A stretch of DNA of 64,000 nucleotides, taken from the NCBI GenBank assembly GCA_951406725.2, contig OX597815.1, forward strand, positions 5,270,001 to 5,334,000, written 5' to 3'. The notes below the pieces were generated by a model that saw only the letters and a list, made by a program, of their open reading frames with translations, was not told the origin of the DNA and made no database searches. The DNA is from Octopus vulgaris (lineage: Eukaryota). Of the stretch, positions 28,576 through 41,351 are shown one piece after another. The stretch's first letter is position 1. Each line of letters starts with the position of its first letter. Made by a program: the position numbers and the translations under genes.

Positions 28576-29110
28576 TTATGACAAAAGGATAGAAAAGAGC
28601 AGGAGAAGAGAAAGGAAAGAGAAGGGCATTAATGTCGAGAGTAAAGTGTAGAGATTCAATGAAGCAGAAGTCGAAATGTTAGCATGTGGCAAGATGGATG
28701 TTAATATTTCATTGTAAAAAAAAAAGAAAAAGGAAAAGAAAAGCCCCAAAGTAGAAAACGTTGCCAAGGAAGAAGTGTTTTTAATCTTCAGAAACATTTA
28801 TATATAAAACGAGTTACTTCAGGACAATGTAACAAGGGGATTTTCAAAGTTGAATTCGGTCCTTTTATACTTGTCGCTTCTCCATTTTTTAGCTGCCGTT
28901 TAGATTTATTTTCTTCGAAGTTTTGTTGCCAATTCGACCGAATTCCCACTTTTATGTGTGTGTGTGTGTTTTTTTTTTAAAGAAGCAGTGAGATTTCTCT
29001 GTAAAATCAATTACTTTAAGATATGGACGTTTATGCATGCTCGTGTATATATGTGTCGTTTCTATCGGCAGTCTATACGTGAACGGGGTTTCGTATATCG
29101 ACACACACAC

Positions 29111-29209
<99 letters not shown>

Positions 29210-29339
29210 TGTGTGTGTGTGTGTGTGTTATGAGTAATCAATGTGTACTTATTCATGCAAACCGCCTTCGCGAGTGCTACTATATTTATTTACACATAAA
29301 TGCGCAAACTAACCGACACACACAGAGATAGACACACTA

Positions 29340-29379
<40 letters not shown>

Positions 29380-29443
29380 TACACAACACATGTATATGCA
29401 TCTACATGTCTCTATCTATCTAGCTACCTATCTACCTATCTGC

Positions 29444-29508
<65 letters not shown>

Positions 29509-29528
29509 AATCTATCTATCTATCTGTC

Positions 29529-29580
<52 letters not shown>

Positions 29581-30745
29581 GCTAGCTAGCTATATATATA
29601 TATATATATATATATAATAGGCACACACACATACACACACACATACTCACGTATTCACACATATATTCTCATGTATGTGTGTATATAGGCATCTGGAAAG
29701 CACGTAGCGAATAATGTGTTATGAAAAGTGGAATTTGAAAATATTTTTAAAATCCTTATGAAAGTCGTAATTTATAACTCGGAACGCATTTAGAGGGAAC
29801 GTTACTTCGGGAACTTGTATGAGACTATCACAGATGAGAGTTGCTCATAACCAGATTAAGCAGGGAAAATTTACGTGGGTAGACGAGATTTCTAAAAGCC
29901 CTAAACCTTCCAAGTCATCACAACCAACTAGTTTTCTGTGGTGTACCCAAGGGTTATATATATATATCTATGCATGTATATGTGTGTGTGTGTGTAATAC
30001 TTACTTGGAACAGGATGCGTCATGTTCAGTCATATAAATAATATATATATATGCATATATACATACGTATATATATACATACATCAATATGTATATATAT
30101 ATATATATGTATATGTGGGCACAGGACGTCACGAAACGTGTACAACAAAAAAGTACGAAGCACGAGTACTTGGAGCATGAACTATTCTTTCGAACAACGA
30201 AAGACAGAAATGGAAAACAAAACAAACAACATAAAGAACGACACTTCATCAGTTGTTGGCTGTTTTGCTAGTCTCGTATTTCGAGCATTTAACAACAATA
30301 TACGCTTTCGATAAAACAGTTGCTCCCACAAAGCAAATTGAATAAAATTTGGGATTTTGCGGAGGGTAAAAATTGGTAACACAAACAGGACAATGAAAAC
30401 GAACAGGAAGGGCTGCTAAGCCCAAACGAGGTTGTGGTGGCGAACGCGTAAATCGAGCTAGGACAGGAGACAAACAAGATCATGTCTTCCAGCTACAACG
30501 GAGAGAAAGAAAGAAAGATGGCCGATGGTCACGTGGGAGCCACGTGAGCAAGAGAGAAGGAGTGATGGAGAGAGAGTGACAGAGTAATAGGATAGAATAG
30601 TGGGAGAAGAGGAGGTAAAAGAGAAGGGGAGAGTAAAAGAGAGAAAAACGAAAGAGTAAAAAGATCACATAGAGTGGTCATCAAAATTATCATGATAAAA
30701 CTTACTTGGAAGAGGAAGCGTGGCATTCAATCATATAATAATATA

Positions 30746-30804
<59 letters not shown>

Positions 30805-30915
30805 TATATACATACGTATATGTCCATACTTACATCGAAAGAATAGTTCATGTTCCATGTACTCGTGTTTCGTACATTTTTGTTTTACACGTTTCGTGAC
30901 GCCCTGTGCCCACAC

Positions 30916-31556
30916 CTGTAGCTAAAATCTTCTTCACTCTCCTACAGAAACACTTCCCCACCCAACATAAGTACTACACTATCCTAAATAAGAACACTAT
31001 TAGACTCTCCTACTCTACCACGCCCAATCTAGCCAGGAACCTAGCCAACAACAATGTGAAAAAACTTAACATATCTACTTTTTCCGAGGCCCATCCAACG
31101 TCCGATAGCAATTGCAACTGCCCTGATAAAACCACCTGCCCCCTCAACAACAACTGCCTACAGAGGGACCTAGTATATACATGCGAGGTAAGATCAGGCC
31201 CTGACGATAAAAGAAAATCCTACATAGGAATGACGTCAAACAGCTTTAAGACCCGTTGGTACGCACACACACACTCGTTCCGGCGACAGGATAAATCCAA
31301 CCAAACTACCCTCGCCGCCCACATCTGGTACCTTAAAAGGAACTCCATCCCCTTCAAGACCAAGTGGAAACTACTACAGAAGGCGCGCTCGTACACAGGA
31401 GGCCATACCTGCTGTGACCTCTGCATATCGGAGAGCCTAGAGATCTTGTTCGCCAAAGGCCCTCTCCTTAACAAAATCTCAGAACACTCCCCAAATTGTA
31501 TGCATAAGAAGTATGCGAACTACAAGAACTATAGACCTACCCGGCAACCAGATTGA
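30916..31556 (+). mobile_element. Penelope-like element, C-terminal linker plus GIY-YIG endonuclease (5'-truncated, frame uninterrupted)
   Basis: NKNTIRLSYSTTPN..CNCPDKTTCPL..CL..LVY..SYIGMTSNSFKTRWYAH..LAAHIW..CDLCISESLEI..LLNK: GIY-YIG motif, catalytic R, H, E and N, plus Cys/His zinc ligands. Confidence 0.88.
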
Positions 31557-31639
31557 TGACACCCCACCCACAAAACCCCCCCAATCCCACCGTTCCCCTA
31601 GCACCCCCGATTACCTTTTCTCCTAAGACCTTTCACATA

Positions 31640-32220
31640 TTGTATGTGCACGCTTGTATATGTGTATCGTATATATGTATAGAAATGTATGGGTATAGTA
31701 GGATTATACGCATGTATTATGTGTGTGTGTGCGTGTATGTATGTAAAAAAAAATATATATGTGTATATATATATATATATATATGTATGTGCGTGTGTGT
31801 GTGTGTGTGTGTATATATGTATAGATGTATGTATGTATATATGTATATATGTGTGTATGCATATGTATGTGTATATGTATGTGTGTATGTATGTGTATGT
31901 ATGTATAAAATATTATATAATTAGGGCTTAGTAAAATAAATTACTTTGCCACATACTGAACTTTCTAGAAATAGCAGCCAATAAAGTTTTTTAGCCTCTT
32001 CCACTACTTAGAGAATATTTTCCCTCAGACATTGTTTACTCATAAAAATAATGGTCCTTTTACAACTGAATACTTGGTGAAATTGATTAATAACTAATTA
32101 ACTTTACCCTCAATTGTTGATATATGTATGTGTGTGTATATATATGTGTGTGTATGTGTATATGTACATGTATGTATATGTGTATGTATGTATGTATGTA
32201 TATATATATATATATGTATG

Positions 32221-32281
<61 letters not shown>

Positions 32282-32560
32282 GTGTATATATGTATATATA
32301 TATATACATATATGTATGTGTGTGTGTATATGTGTATTATGTGTGTATATGTTTATATATATGTATATGTATATGTATATGTATGTGTGTGTGTATATGT
32401 ATATATGTGTATATATATGAGTGTACGCGAGTATGTCGATGTATATGTAGGTATGTAGAGTTATGTGTATGTGCAGGTATGTGAGTGTAGATACAAATTG
32501 TAGATGTGTATATATATGTATGTGTATATATGCATGTATATAGGTATATGTATGTGTGTG

Positions 32561-32609
<49 letters not shown>

Positions 32610-32889
32610 GCGAGTATGTAGAGATATAAGTATGTGCATGTGTATATATATGTGTGTATATATATGTATGGGTATGTGTATGTATGTATGTGTGTATGTA
32701 TATATATATGTGTTATATATGTGTGTGTGTGTGTGTGTATGTATGCATATACGTATGTATGTATGTATGTACATGTGTATGTATATATGTGTGTAAGTGT
32801 GTGTATATATGTAAATGTAAGTGTGTGTGCTTGTATGAGAATGTATGTATGTTTGCACACATGTATATATGTGTGTGTATGTGTATGTG

Positions 32890-32938
<49 letters not shown>

Positions 32939-33147
32939 GTATATATATATATGTATATATATATGTGTATGTATATATATGTGTATGTGTGTGTGTGTGT
33001 ATACATGTGTGTATGTGTATGTATGTATGTATATATATGCGTGTGTATGTGTATGTGTATATGTACATATACGCGTACGCTCGTGTGTTTATGTATATGT
33101 AGGTACGTAGAGTTATCTATGTGTGTATTTATATGTACATGTGTAAG

Positions 33148-33184
<37 letters not shown>

Positions 33185-33255
33185 ATGTGTGTGTGTGTAT
33201 ATATATATATATGTATGTATGTGTGTATGTGTATATATATGTGTATATATGTATG

Positions 33256-33298
<43 letters not shown>

Positions 33299-33946
33299 AT
33301 GTGTGTAAGTTTATATGTATGTATCCGTCTATATAATAGGTAACTGCACGTACATATACTTAATATTTATTATTTATTATTTATTTTTGAGTATGCATGT
33401 ATGAATAACTGCGCGTATATATATTTTACTATTTACTTATTTTTTGAGTATGCATGTAAGTATGAATATAAGGAGGCGCGTGTGTGTGTGTGTATGTGTA
33501 AGCATAGATATATGTATACTTTTACGCATGGGTGTACTTATGTGTATATATGGACGCGCGCGTGTGTGTGTGTGTGTATGGGTACGCATGTACATGTGTA
33601 TGTGCGTGTATGAGTATATGAGTATGTATGTATGTGTGTGCGTATATTTGTATATGTATGTATGTATATGTATGTGTGTGTATGAATATATATGTATATA
33701 TGTATATATGTATATGTATATATATGTATATATATATGCGCGTATATATATGTATGTATGTGGGTGTGTGTATGTGTATAAATGTATGTATGTATGGATG
33801 TATGGATGTATGTATGTATGTATACGTATGTATGTGTATGTGTGTATATGTATGTATGTGTGTATGTGTGTATATATGTGTATATGTGTGTATATGTGTA
33901 TATATGTGTATGTATGTATGTGTATGTATATATGTGTATATATATG

Positions 33947-34015
<69 letters not shown>

Positions 34016-34424
34016 ATTTGTATGTAGGTGTACGTGTATGTGTGTGTATTTATATTTATTGGTGTATATGTATAGACTAGCCTTCTAAGAGTGTAGACAT
34101 GAATCTGTAGGTACGCGTACGTATGTGTATATACGTGAATGTATGTAGATGTATGTATGTATGAATATAACGCGTGCGTGCGTGTATGTGTATGAGTGTA
34201 CGAATGAGTGAGTGTACGTGCTAAAGAGTGTGCGTGAGTGAATGAGTGCTTGTTTTCCAGTAGACAGATAAATGGACTGGCTGTCATAGCCAAGATGTTT
34301 GTGACCAAGCGGCCAAAGATAACAAAAGTAATAAACGAAGATAATAAAATTAAAATTAGGGAATGGGTCTGTATTTGTATGTGTATATATATATGTGTGT
34401 ATGTGTAGGTATGCATAGGTACAC

Positions 34425-34472
<48 letters not shown>

Positions 34473-34840
34473 ATGTGTATGTATGTGTGTGTATATATGT
34501 GTGTATGTGTATATATGTGTATATAGGGACTAGTGTGCTGTGTGTGCATGTGTGTGTGTGGATTTGTGTGTGTATGCGTGTATGTGAGTATGTGTGTGTA
34601 TGTGTATATATATTTTTCTGTGTGTATATGTATGTGTGGTCGTGTGTGTGTATATATACATGTGTGTATACGTGTATGCATGTGAGTGTGTGTATGTATA
34701 CATATATGTGTATGTGTAGATATGTATATGTATGTGTAAGTGTATATATATGTATATATATATGTGTGTGTATGTATGTGTGTATGTATATGTATATATG
34801 TTTGTATGCGTGTGTATATATGTATACATATGTGCATAGG
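31640..34840. repeat. Degenerate (TA)/(TG)/(TATG)n field of about 3.2 kb with short unique islands
   Basis: Direct inspection. Islands at 31920-32118 and 34245-34370. Confidence 0.92.
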
Positions 34841-35076
34841 TATAAGTGAGAATCTCCTTATTTACCTAAAACTCTATTCCCCCTTTTTTTATATATATAT
34901 ATATAATTTTTTTTTTTTTTAATTTTTTATTTATTCTTCTATCTAATTTAACACTGACTCCTTGACCACTCCCCCAAGTATGATATTTTGCGCTATGCCT
35001 ACCCCCAAAAAGTCCCCCACCAACACCCCTTTAAACCTGCCTAAATGTATAAATGCCAATACAATTCTTGTTAACT

Positions 35077-35127
35077 AGCTTCCTGAAGATTTCTCTTGAA
35101 TGAAACAGTTCTAGTCCTGTAGAAGCT
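35077..35127 (+). ncRNA. Putative type-I hammerhead ribozyme
   Basis: AGCTTC-CTGAAGA-TTTC(TCTT)GAAT-GAAA-CAG(TTCTAGTC)CTG-TA-GAAGCT: 6-bp stem I, hairpin stem III, GUA triplet, weak stem II. AATAAA at 35138, then (TA)n. Confidence 0.7.
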
Positions 35128-35138
35128 CCTTCTATATA

Positions 35139-35190
<52 letters not shown>

Positions 35191-35192
<2 letters not shown>

Positions 35193-35498
35193 AGGCGCAA
35201 TGGCCCAGTGGTTAGGGCAGCGGATTTGCGGTCGTAGGACGCGGTTTCGATTCCCAGACCGGACGTTGTGAGTGTTTATTGAGCGAAAACACCTAATTCT
35301 CCACGAGGCTCCGGCAGGGGGTGGGGGCGATCCCTGCTGTGTTCTTTCACCACAACATTCTCTCAGTCTTTCTTCTGTCGGCCTGCTCGCTTAGCCAGCG
35401 GTGTGGCGTCATTTGAAGGCTAAAACAATGCGAAGCGCATTGTGACCAGCGATGTGTGACAACATCTGATAGCCTGGTCGGTCACGGTGATCACGGTG

Positions 35499-35500
<2 letters not shown>
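35191..35500 (+). mobile_element. SINE family B, tail type 2
   Basis: Family B head. Tail GGCCTGCTCGCTTAGCCAGCGG..TGTGACCAGCGATG..GGTCACGGTGA. Confidence 0.9.
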
Positions 35501-35542
<42 letters not shown>

Positions 35543-35844
35543 CATACATAAATACATGCATATGGATCAAAGCAGTTTGATTCAAATTCGTTGGTACTCT
35601 TGAGTTTGAATTTATTGGTAACTCCCAATAAATTGGTTTAGTGTCCTTTCGTTTGTCCACTCACTCGTGTGTATGTATGTGTGTCTGTGTCTGTGTGTGT
35701 ACATGTATGTATGTATGTATGTATGTATGTATGTATGTATGTATGTATGTATGTATGTATGTATGTATGTATGTATGTATGTATTATGTATGTATGTATG
35801 AATGAATGTATGTATGCTCTCTTCGTCCTTTTAATCTCTAGATC

Positions 35845-36010
35845 TGCGAGTTGTAAAAGGCGGCTAAAAGAGGTTGAGATAGGATTTGCAATCTGACCTC
35901 GTGAAGCCCTCATCAGCAACTCTCACCAGCACCAAACAAATCCATGGTTTGGAGGGTTGCCTCCTGGATGGTGTAAAGATGTTATCCACCAGGAGTAGTA
36001 AATATTCGGC
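35845..36010 (+). mobile_element. SINE-like family D fragment
   Basis: AGGCGGCTAAAAGAGGTTGAGATAGGATTTGCAATCTGACCTCG..TCCACCAGGAGTAG. Confidence 0.6.
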
Positions 36011-36094
36011 AACAAACGGTGGAGGCAGTGACACACTGATACAGCGCAGGCGCCCGTACAGTACAGCGGTGATTTAGTAATGTTAGTGATGCTT

Positions 36095-36600
36095 GTGACT
36101 TGGCCAATGTTGATATGGATCGTATGATTAATGATATTGGGTGATTTGACTGGTGTTAATGAAGTATTTAAATATCAAATTGGGAATTGACTGCTGAAAA
36201 AGGGGGCTCTGACTGCGGTCGGTGGGAGATTTGTCTAATGCCAATGGGAGATTTCACTGAAGTCAATGGAAAATTTGACTAATGTAAATCGGAGATTTGA
36301 CTGATGCTAGTGGGAACTTTGATTGTTGCTAATGAGAGGTTTGAGTAATGTTAATGGAGAATTTGACTGATATAAATGAATTACTTGGCAGATATCAATG
36401 AGAGATTTGATTGGTGTCGGTGGAAGATTTGACCGATGTCAACATCTGCTTTAACTAATGTCAATCGGGAATTTGACTGATGTCAGTATAATATTTGACT
36501 GGCTTGAATTGGATATTTGAGACGTCAATCAGGGATTTAACAGATGACAGTATGTCTGTTTGACTGATGCTAACGTTGAGAATTAACAAATATCAGCAAA
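36095..36600. repeat. Degenerate 22-bp minisatellite, about 22 units
   Basis: Consensus GGGAGATTTGACTGATGTCAAT. Thirteen consecutive units from 36224 are exactly 22 bp. Confidence 0.85.
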
Positions 36601-37082
36601 TGGTTAACATCAAATATAATAGATATTTATTGCTCATCTTATCAGCTGAAATCTTTTTACTTCTATGCGTTCATTTTTGAGGAAAATATTGATTTCAAGA
36701 ATATTGATTTGTTGATACTTCTAACGATGATCAACAGCCGTATAAAATGATATTATCGACCGAATTATCGTTATTCTATCAATAACATTGCTTCATAGAT
36801 CCAGGAAGAATGAGGTGCGTAAATTCAACTAAAGTATCACTCCAGTGAGGAGATTTCTAGCGACAAAACTATAAAGTGATACTAAAACAACGACATTTTA
36901 GAGTTGAAAACAATTGCGGTTGACGTAACATAGCTGACGTTTCGGTTAATAACCTTTCGTCAATGTATTCAACTAATAAGCATCGGAAATGTTAAACAGG
37001 AAAGTATATAATTTAGTGGGGACAAAAAGTATGCACATAAATACACATACATAATACATACATACATAAATAAATACATAAA

Positions 37083-37116
<34 letters not shown>

Positions 37117-37454
37117 GTACTGCCGTTATTCGCACTCGAGGATGAGTCGAGAGATTTCGTTGTTTTAGGTGTCCATGTAGTTAGCAGAAGGTCTTGCAAC
37201 CGACTAAACGTCTCCCGACTACTCTCCCTCGAATTAGCGGAATATCCAGACTGTGACCAGAAGATAGAGAAAAAAAAAGGGCTCCATCATCACAGACCAG
37301 GCAACAGTGGGATTTGAACTCAGGGACTCACAACAAATATTACACTACATCCTATACCGACGCTCTGGTGGCTCTGCCAGCCAACCATGCTACAGCATGG
37401 CCGCAGTCAAATGACTGAAACAAGTAAAGGATATATATATAGTTACATATATAC

Positions 37455-37735
37455 CAGGTGATCGATCAGACTATCGCATGTTATGCATCGCTAGCCACAA
37501 TGCACTTCGCATCCTTTTAGCTTTTGAATGATGCCACCTTGTTGGTTAGACGAGCAGGCCAACGTTCTCCCTGATCGTAAGGGTATTCCGTCGTAGGGTA
37601 GACCCACTTACAGCTGAGTGGTCTGGAACAACATGAAACGAAGTGTTTTGCTCATAAACACAACGCGCACCTCCGGCCGGAAATCGAACCCATGGTCTAA
37701 GGATCTTAAGAGCCCCACCTTAACCACTAGGCCAC
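37455..37735 (-). mobile_element. Older tRNA-derived SINE with a type-2-like tail
   Basis: Minus strand GTGGCCTAGTGGTTAAGG..GGGTTCGATTTCC..TGAGCAAAACACTT..TTGGCCTGCTCG. Confidence 0.7.
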
Positions 37736-37872
37736 ATACACACACACAAACATATAATTACGTATGTATATATATATATATATATATATACGTGTATATA
37801 TATATATATATAAACATATATATATATACATATATATACGTGTATACATATATACATGTATACATACATACA

Positions 37873-37905
<33 letters not shown>

Positions 37906-38268
37906 GTGTATATGTGTGTATACATACACACAGGTACATACACATACTAATTCTTCAATTATTCAATAGTGTAAGCGTTCGCCCACCTGCCCTAAGGTAA
38001 GTCTTAATCACCTGATTAATTTATTCATTGATGAAGCATTGATTATATGAAACGATATTCTTCATAGTTTTGATAATGCTCTATTAATGAAACAAACAAC
38101 ACAATAAACATTATCTGATCGAATTGAAATCGCTTTCGACACCCGTCAGTCATCCATTAATATTTATAGAATGAATACAAAACAGATATTAATAAAGGGA
38201 AAGAAAGGCTCGCAGGGAATATTCCAAGAGGCATTTCTTCAGAAGAAAACATCTTGTTTAATCCTGAT

Positions 38269-38490
38269 ATTGTGTTGAGTCAAATGGTTTGTTATATTTT
38301 TGGTAATTTATTTGCAAATTACTACAAAAATCGCCAAACATTCAAAGTAAAGACCATCGGGTTGGAATGTCTGAAGCCATCTTTCTGCCAGTACTTTGAC
38401 ACCAACCAGTTCTTGTCCTTCGACGCCAAGAACTCTTTCATTGAAGATTTCGCCTCCTCTTGGTGGATAAAGCGTTTCTAACCAGCTCCA
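38269..38490 (-). mobile_element. Mariner 3' terminal fragment
   Basis: KRFIHQEEAKSSMKEFLASKDKNW / GVKVLAERWLQTFQPDGLYFE, with TIR-like TA|TTGTGTTGAGTCAAATGGTTTG. Confidence 0.65.
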
Positions 38491-38599
38491 TCGATACAAA
38501 GTTCCATCGTTCGAACGTAGGAATTTCAACTGTGTTTCATGGTCTGCTACCACAACAGCTCCTTTATAGGATCTAGTTAGCTCAAAACATCATTAGGAG

Positions 38600-38966
38600 G
38601 AACCACGTCCGGTTTCGGCCCCTACTCCTCTACCGTTTTGACGTGGCGGGGCCCCCCTTTCGGAGGTGTCTTCAGCTCTGGTGTTGGGTGCATGTCTTCT
38701 TTCTTCTGTTCCCTGGCCTCTTCGATGTAGCATCAACGAGTGTCAGCGGGCGACTGACTGCCTTGTCGAATTTCCCTTTAAATACCTGTTACTAGGCTCC
38801 AGCAGGCAGCCCCATTTTTCTTTCAATGAAACCCCTAGCCCCCACTGCCAGGTGGTAATACTCGACATTCCATCCCTGTTCTCTGCACTCTTCGATTAGT
38901 TTTTCGTACCTCTTCTCCTTTCGTTTCTCTGCATTGTCGATGTTCTCTTCCCATGGCACTATCAGT
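38600..38966 (-). mobile_element. RLE-type (HERO-like) non-LTR retrotransposon 3' fragment
   Basis: Minus strand LIVPWEENIDNAEKRKEKRYEKLIEECREQGWNVEYYHLAVGARGF fits ELTVPWE..A..RK..KY..L...GW...VG.RGF. Not in the supplied ORF track. Confidence 0.78.
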
Positions 38967-39361
38967 AGATAACAAAATCAATCTAAAATTTTAAACTTGA
39001 GAAAAATCTTGCATATATTTACTGTTCCGCTTACAGATTGCATTTGCAATGTGCGAATCAGTTGGTCGATTTCTTTTTCCTAAAACCCTAGTTCATCCAG
39101 ATAGTCACTTTACTCACAAAACCAAAAGCATAAATTATTATTGACATAAATGTGAATTTATAACCTGGATATGGAAGCTGGGGGTTTCGAAACAGTTGTC
39201 CATAATTATCTTCTCTCTCTTTCATTTTCAACGAAATATTCTCATCTGCAGAACAGCTGACTTCTATGATGCTACAAACGTTTCCTTGTCTGTTCTAAAT
39301 AACAATATCTGGCCATATAATATTAACACTTGACAGATGTTTTCATGGCAACGTTCCACCA

Positions 39362-39848
39362 GTATGTATGTATGTATGTATGTATGTATGTATGTATGTA
39401 TGTATGTATGTATGTATGTATGCATGCATGTATGTATGCATGCATGTATGTATGCATGTATGTATGTATGTATGTATGTATGTATGTATGTATGTATGTA
39501 TGTATGTGTGTATGTATATATATGTATTATGTATGTATGCATGTATGTATGTATGCATGTATGTATGTATGCATGTGTGTATGTACGTATGCATTTATGT
39601 ATGTATGTACGTATGTATGTGTCTATGTATATATATGTATTATGTATGTATCCATGTATATATGTATGTATGCATGTATGTATGTATGCATGTATGTATG
39701 TATGTATGCATGCATGCATGTATGTATGTATGTATGTATGTATGTATGTATGTATGTATGTATGTGTGTGTGTATGTATGTATGTATGTATGTATGTATG
39801 TATGTATGTATGTATGTATGTATGTATGTATGTATGTATGTGTATGTG
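39362..39848. repeat. (TATG)n microsatellite
   Basis: Direct inspection. Confidence 0.95.
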
Positions 39849-40328
39849 AGAACATGTAAGTATGAATAGATACGGTGTCATATATTTTTCTGTCAAAACT
39901 ATATTACAGTTTTCAAACTCTTTCATTCTGCGCTATTTTTTAAAATATTGTTTGCAATACGAGGCTTAAATATATTTCAAGACTAATATTTCTTGGCGGA
40001 GATAAAAATATAATTTTATTGACAAATTAATTAAACTAACAATTCCAAAACAATATTTTAAGTCAGAAAAATAATTGTGGAACATAAATAATTCTTCCTT
40101 CTCTAAATTTTTTGTAGTCAACAATGATAACTATGAAGAATAAAAGTATGACTTCGATGGCTAAAAACAATGGGCTTTCCGTCAGTTGCGACGATGAGCA
40201 TTCATATGTTGCTCTAAATGAATTCCCACTCGTGAAATTCACGTGTAAGCGGCTGAGTGTTCCGTAGACGAATGTATAATCGTTATTTTCGTGGCAAATT
40301 AGCTTCACAAGGAAATACGACTGAATAC

Positions 40329-40645
40329 GACTTTTTTGAAAAGTGACACTTTCCCCACCCCTTGGAGTGACCAGCTGGGTTTGCCATTTTTAAAAGTCAA
40401 GAATCATTTACTATTGAAAGACTGACCAGCTACAAAGTTATCAGCAAATTTTCAATAGTTCAATAGTAAATGATTCTTGGTTTTTAGAAATGGCAAAGCC
40501 AGTTGGTCAGTCGTTCAATAGTAAAGGATTCTTGACTTTTAGAAATGGCAAACCCAGCTGGTCACTTCAAGGGGGTCAAAATTTTTTGAAAAGTGACATT
40601 TTTCCCCCCTTGGAGTGACCAGCTGGGTTTGCCATTTCTAAAAGT
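40329..40645. repeat. Complex direct/inverted repeat cluster
   Basis: GTGACCAGCTGGGTTTGCCATTT.TAAAAGT occurs forward (40367, 40615) and reverse (40535-40565, partly 40480-40509). Confidence 0.85.
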
Positions 40646-41351
40646 ATATAAATATGTATAGTGTGTTAAGCGGTGTTTTGAGTAAATTTCAAGTACCAGT
40701 ATGACACATGGGACGTCAACAACTGACCTGTCATACGACATTGTTATTAAATATTTCATAAAACATCTTTTTTTCCCCATTTTTTCCCCATCCTATCCAG
40801 TGTATTACTTTTGCGGAGATCTGAAGAGCTGACTAATTAATTTTATTTTATATGTCGTCAGGTAAGGGGTGAGATAAAATAAACATTGAAGTTTGATTAA
40901 TTTCGATATAATTATTGATATTATATAATTAAAAAAAATTGCAAACGTTTCTTAATTACTCAGTAGCAGTAATAAAATCAACAGATATTATAACATAAAA
41001 ATAAAACCACACAAGGAGACATTTAATCAGACACGGAGAGTGTTTATTTTGTTTTTGATGATAAATTTTGTTATCGGAGTTAATTCAAATATATTAGAGG
41101 ATAAATTACATTTTCGGCGATTGTGCAAATAATATTTGGTTTATATCATATCGTTTTTTTTTAAGATTTCCAATTGAGCCTCACCTATTCACCTTATTAA
41201 CAGATGCTTAGAACTGCAACCGATCTCTTTGGATAATTTGTATAGTCTTGTGTCTTACTTTTCTCTATTTACAATCTCCTGTTTCAGAAGACGCGATTTC
41301 ATGAGTGATGACACCTTTCTCCAAGTGCACATTACCAGGATGGCGACAAAG

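Noticed and set aside
30220-30285. CTGATGA and GAAA on the minus strand (similar at 56845-56890) as permuted hammerheads
   Set aside because: I could not build consistent stems or an NUH site by eye.
27725-34922. Many long YI/VC/HT-rich ORFs (also near 2, 22, 39 and 44 kb)
   Set aside because: Translations of TA/TG/TATG microsatellites. Only 30906-31556 is real coding sequence.
36095-36600. Coding repeat or CRISPR array
   Set aside because: The 22-bp period breaks frame, stops are frequent, and there is no repeat-spacer alternation.
36933-39205. Additional hammerhead-like strings at 36933-36965 (-), 37135-37212 and 39160-39205
   Set aside because: Core mutated and stem I missing. Possibly decayed copies, but not supportable alone.
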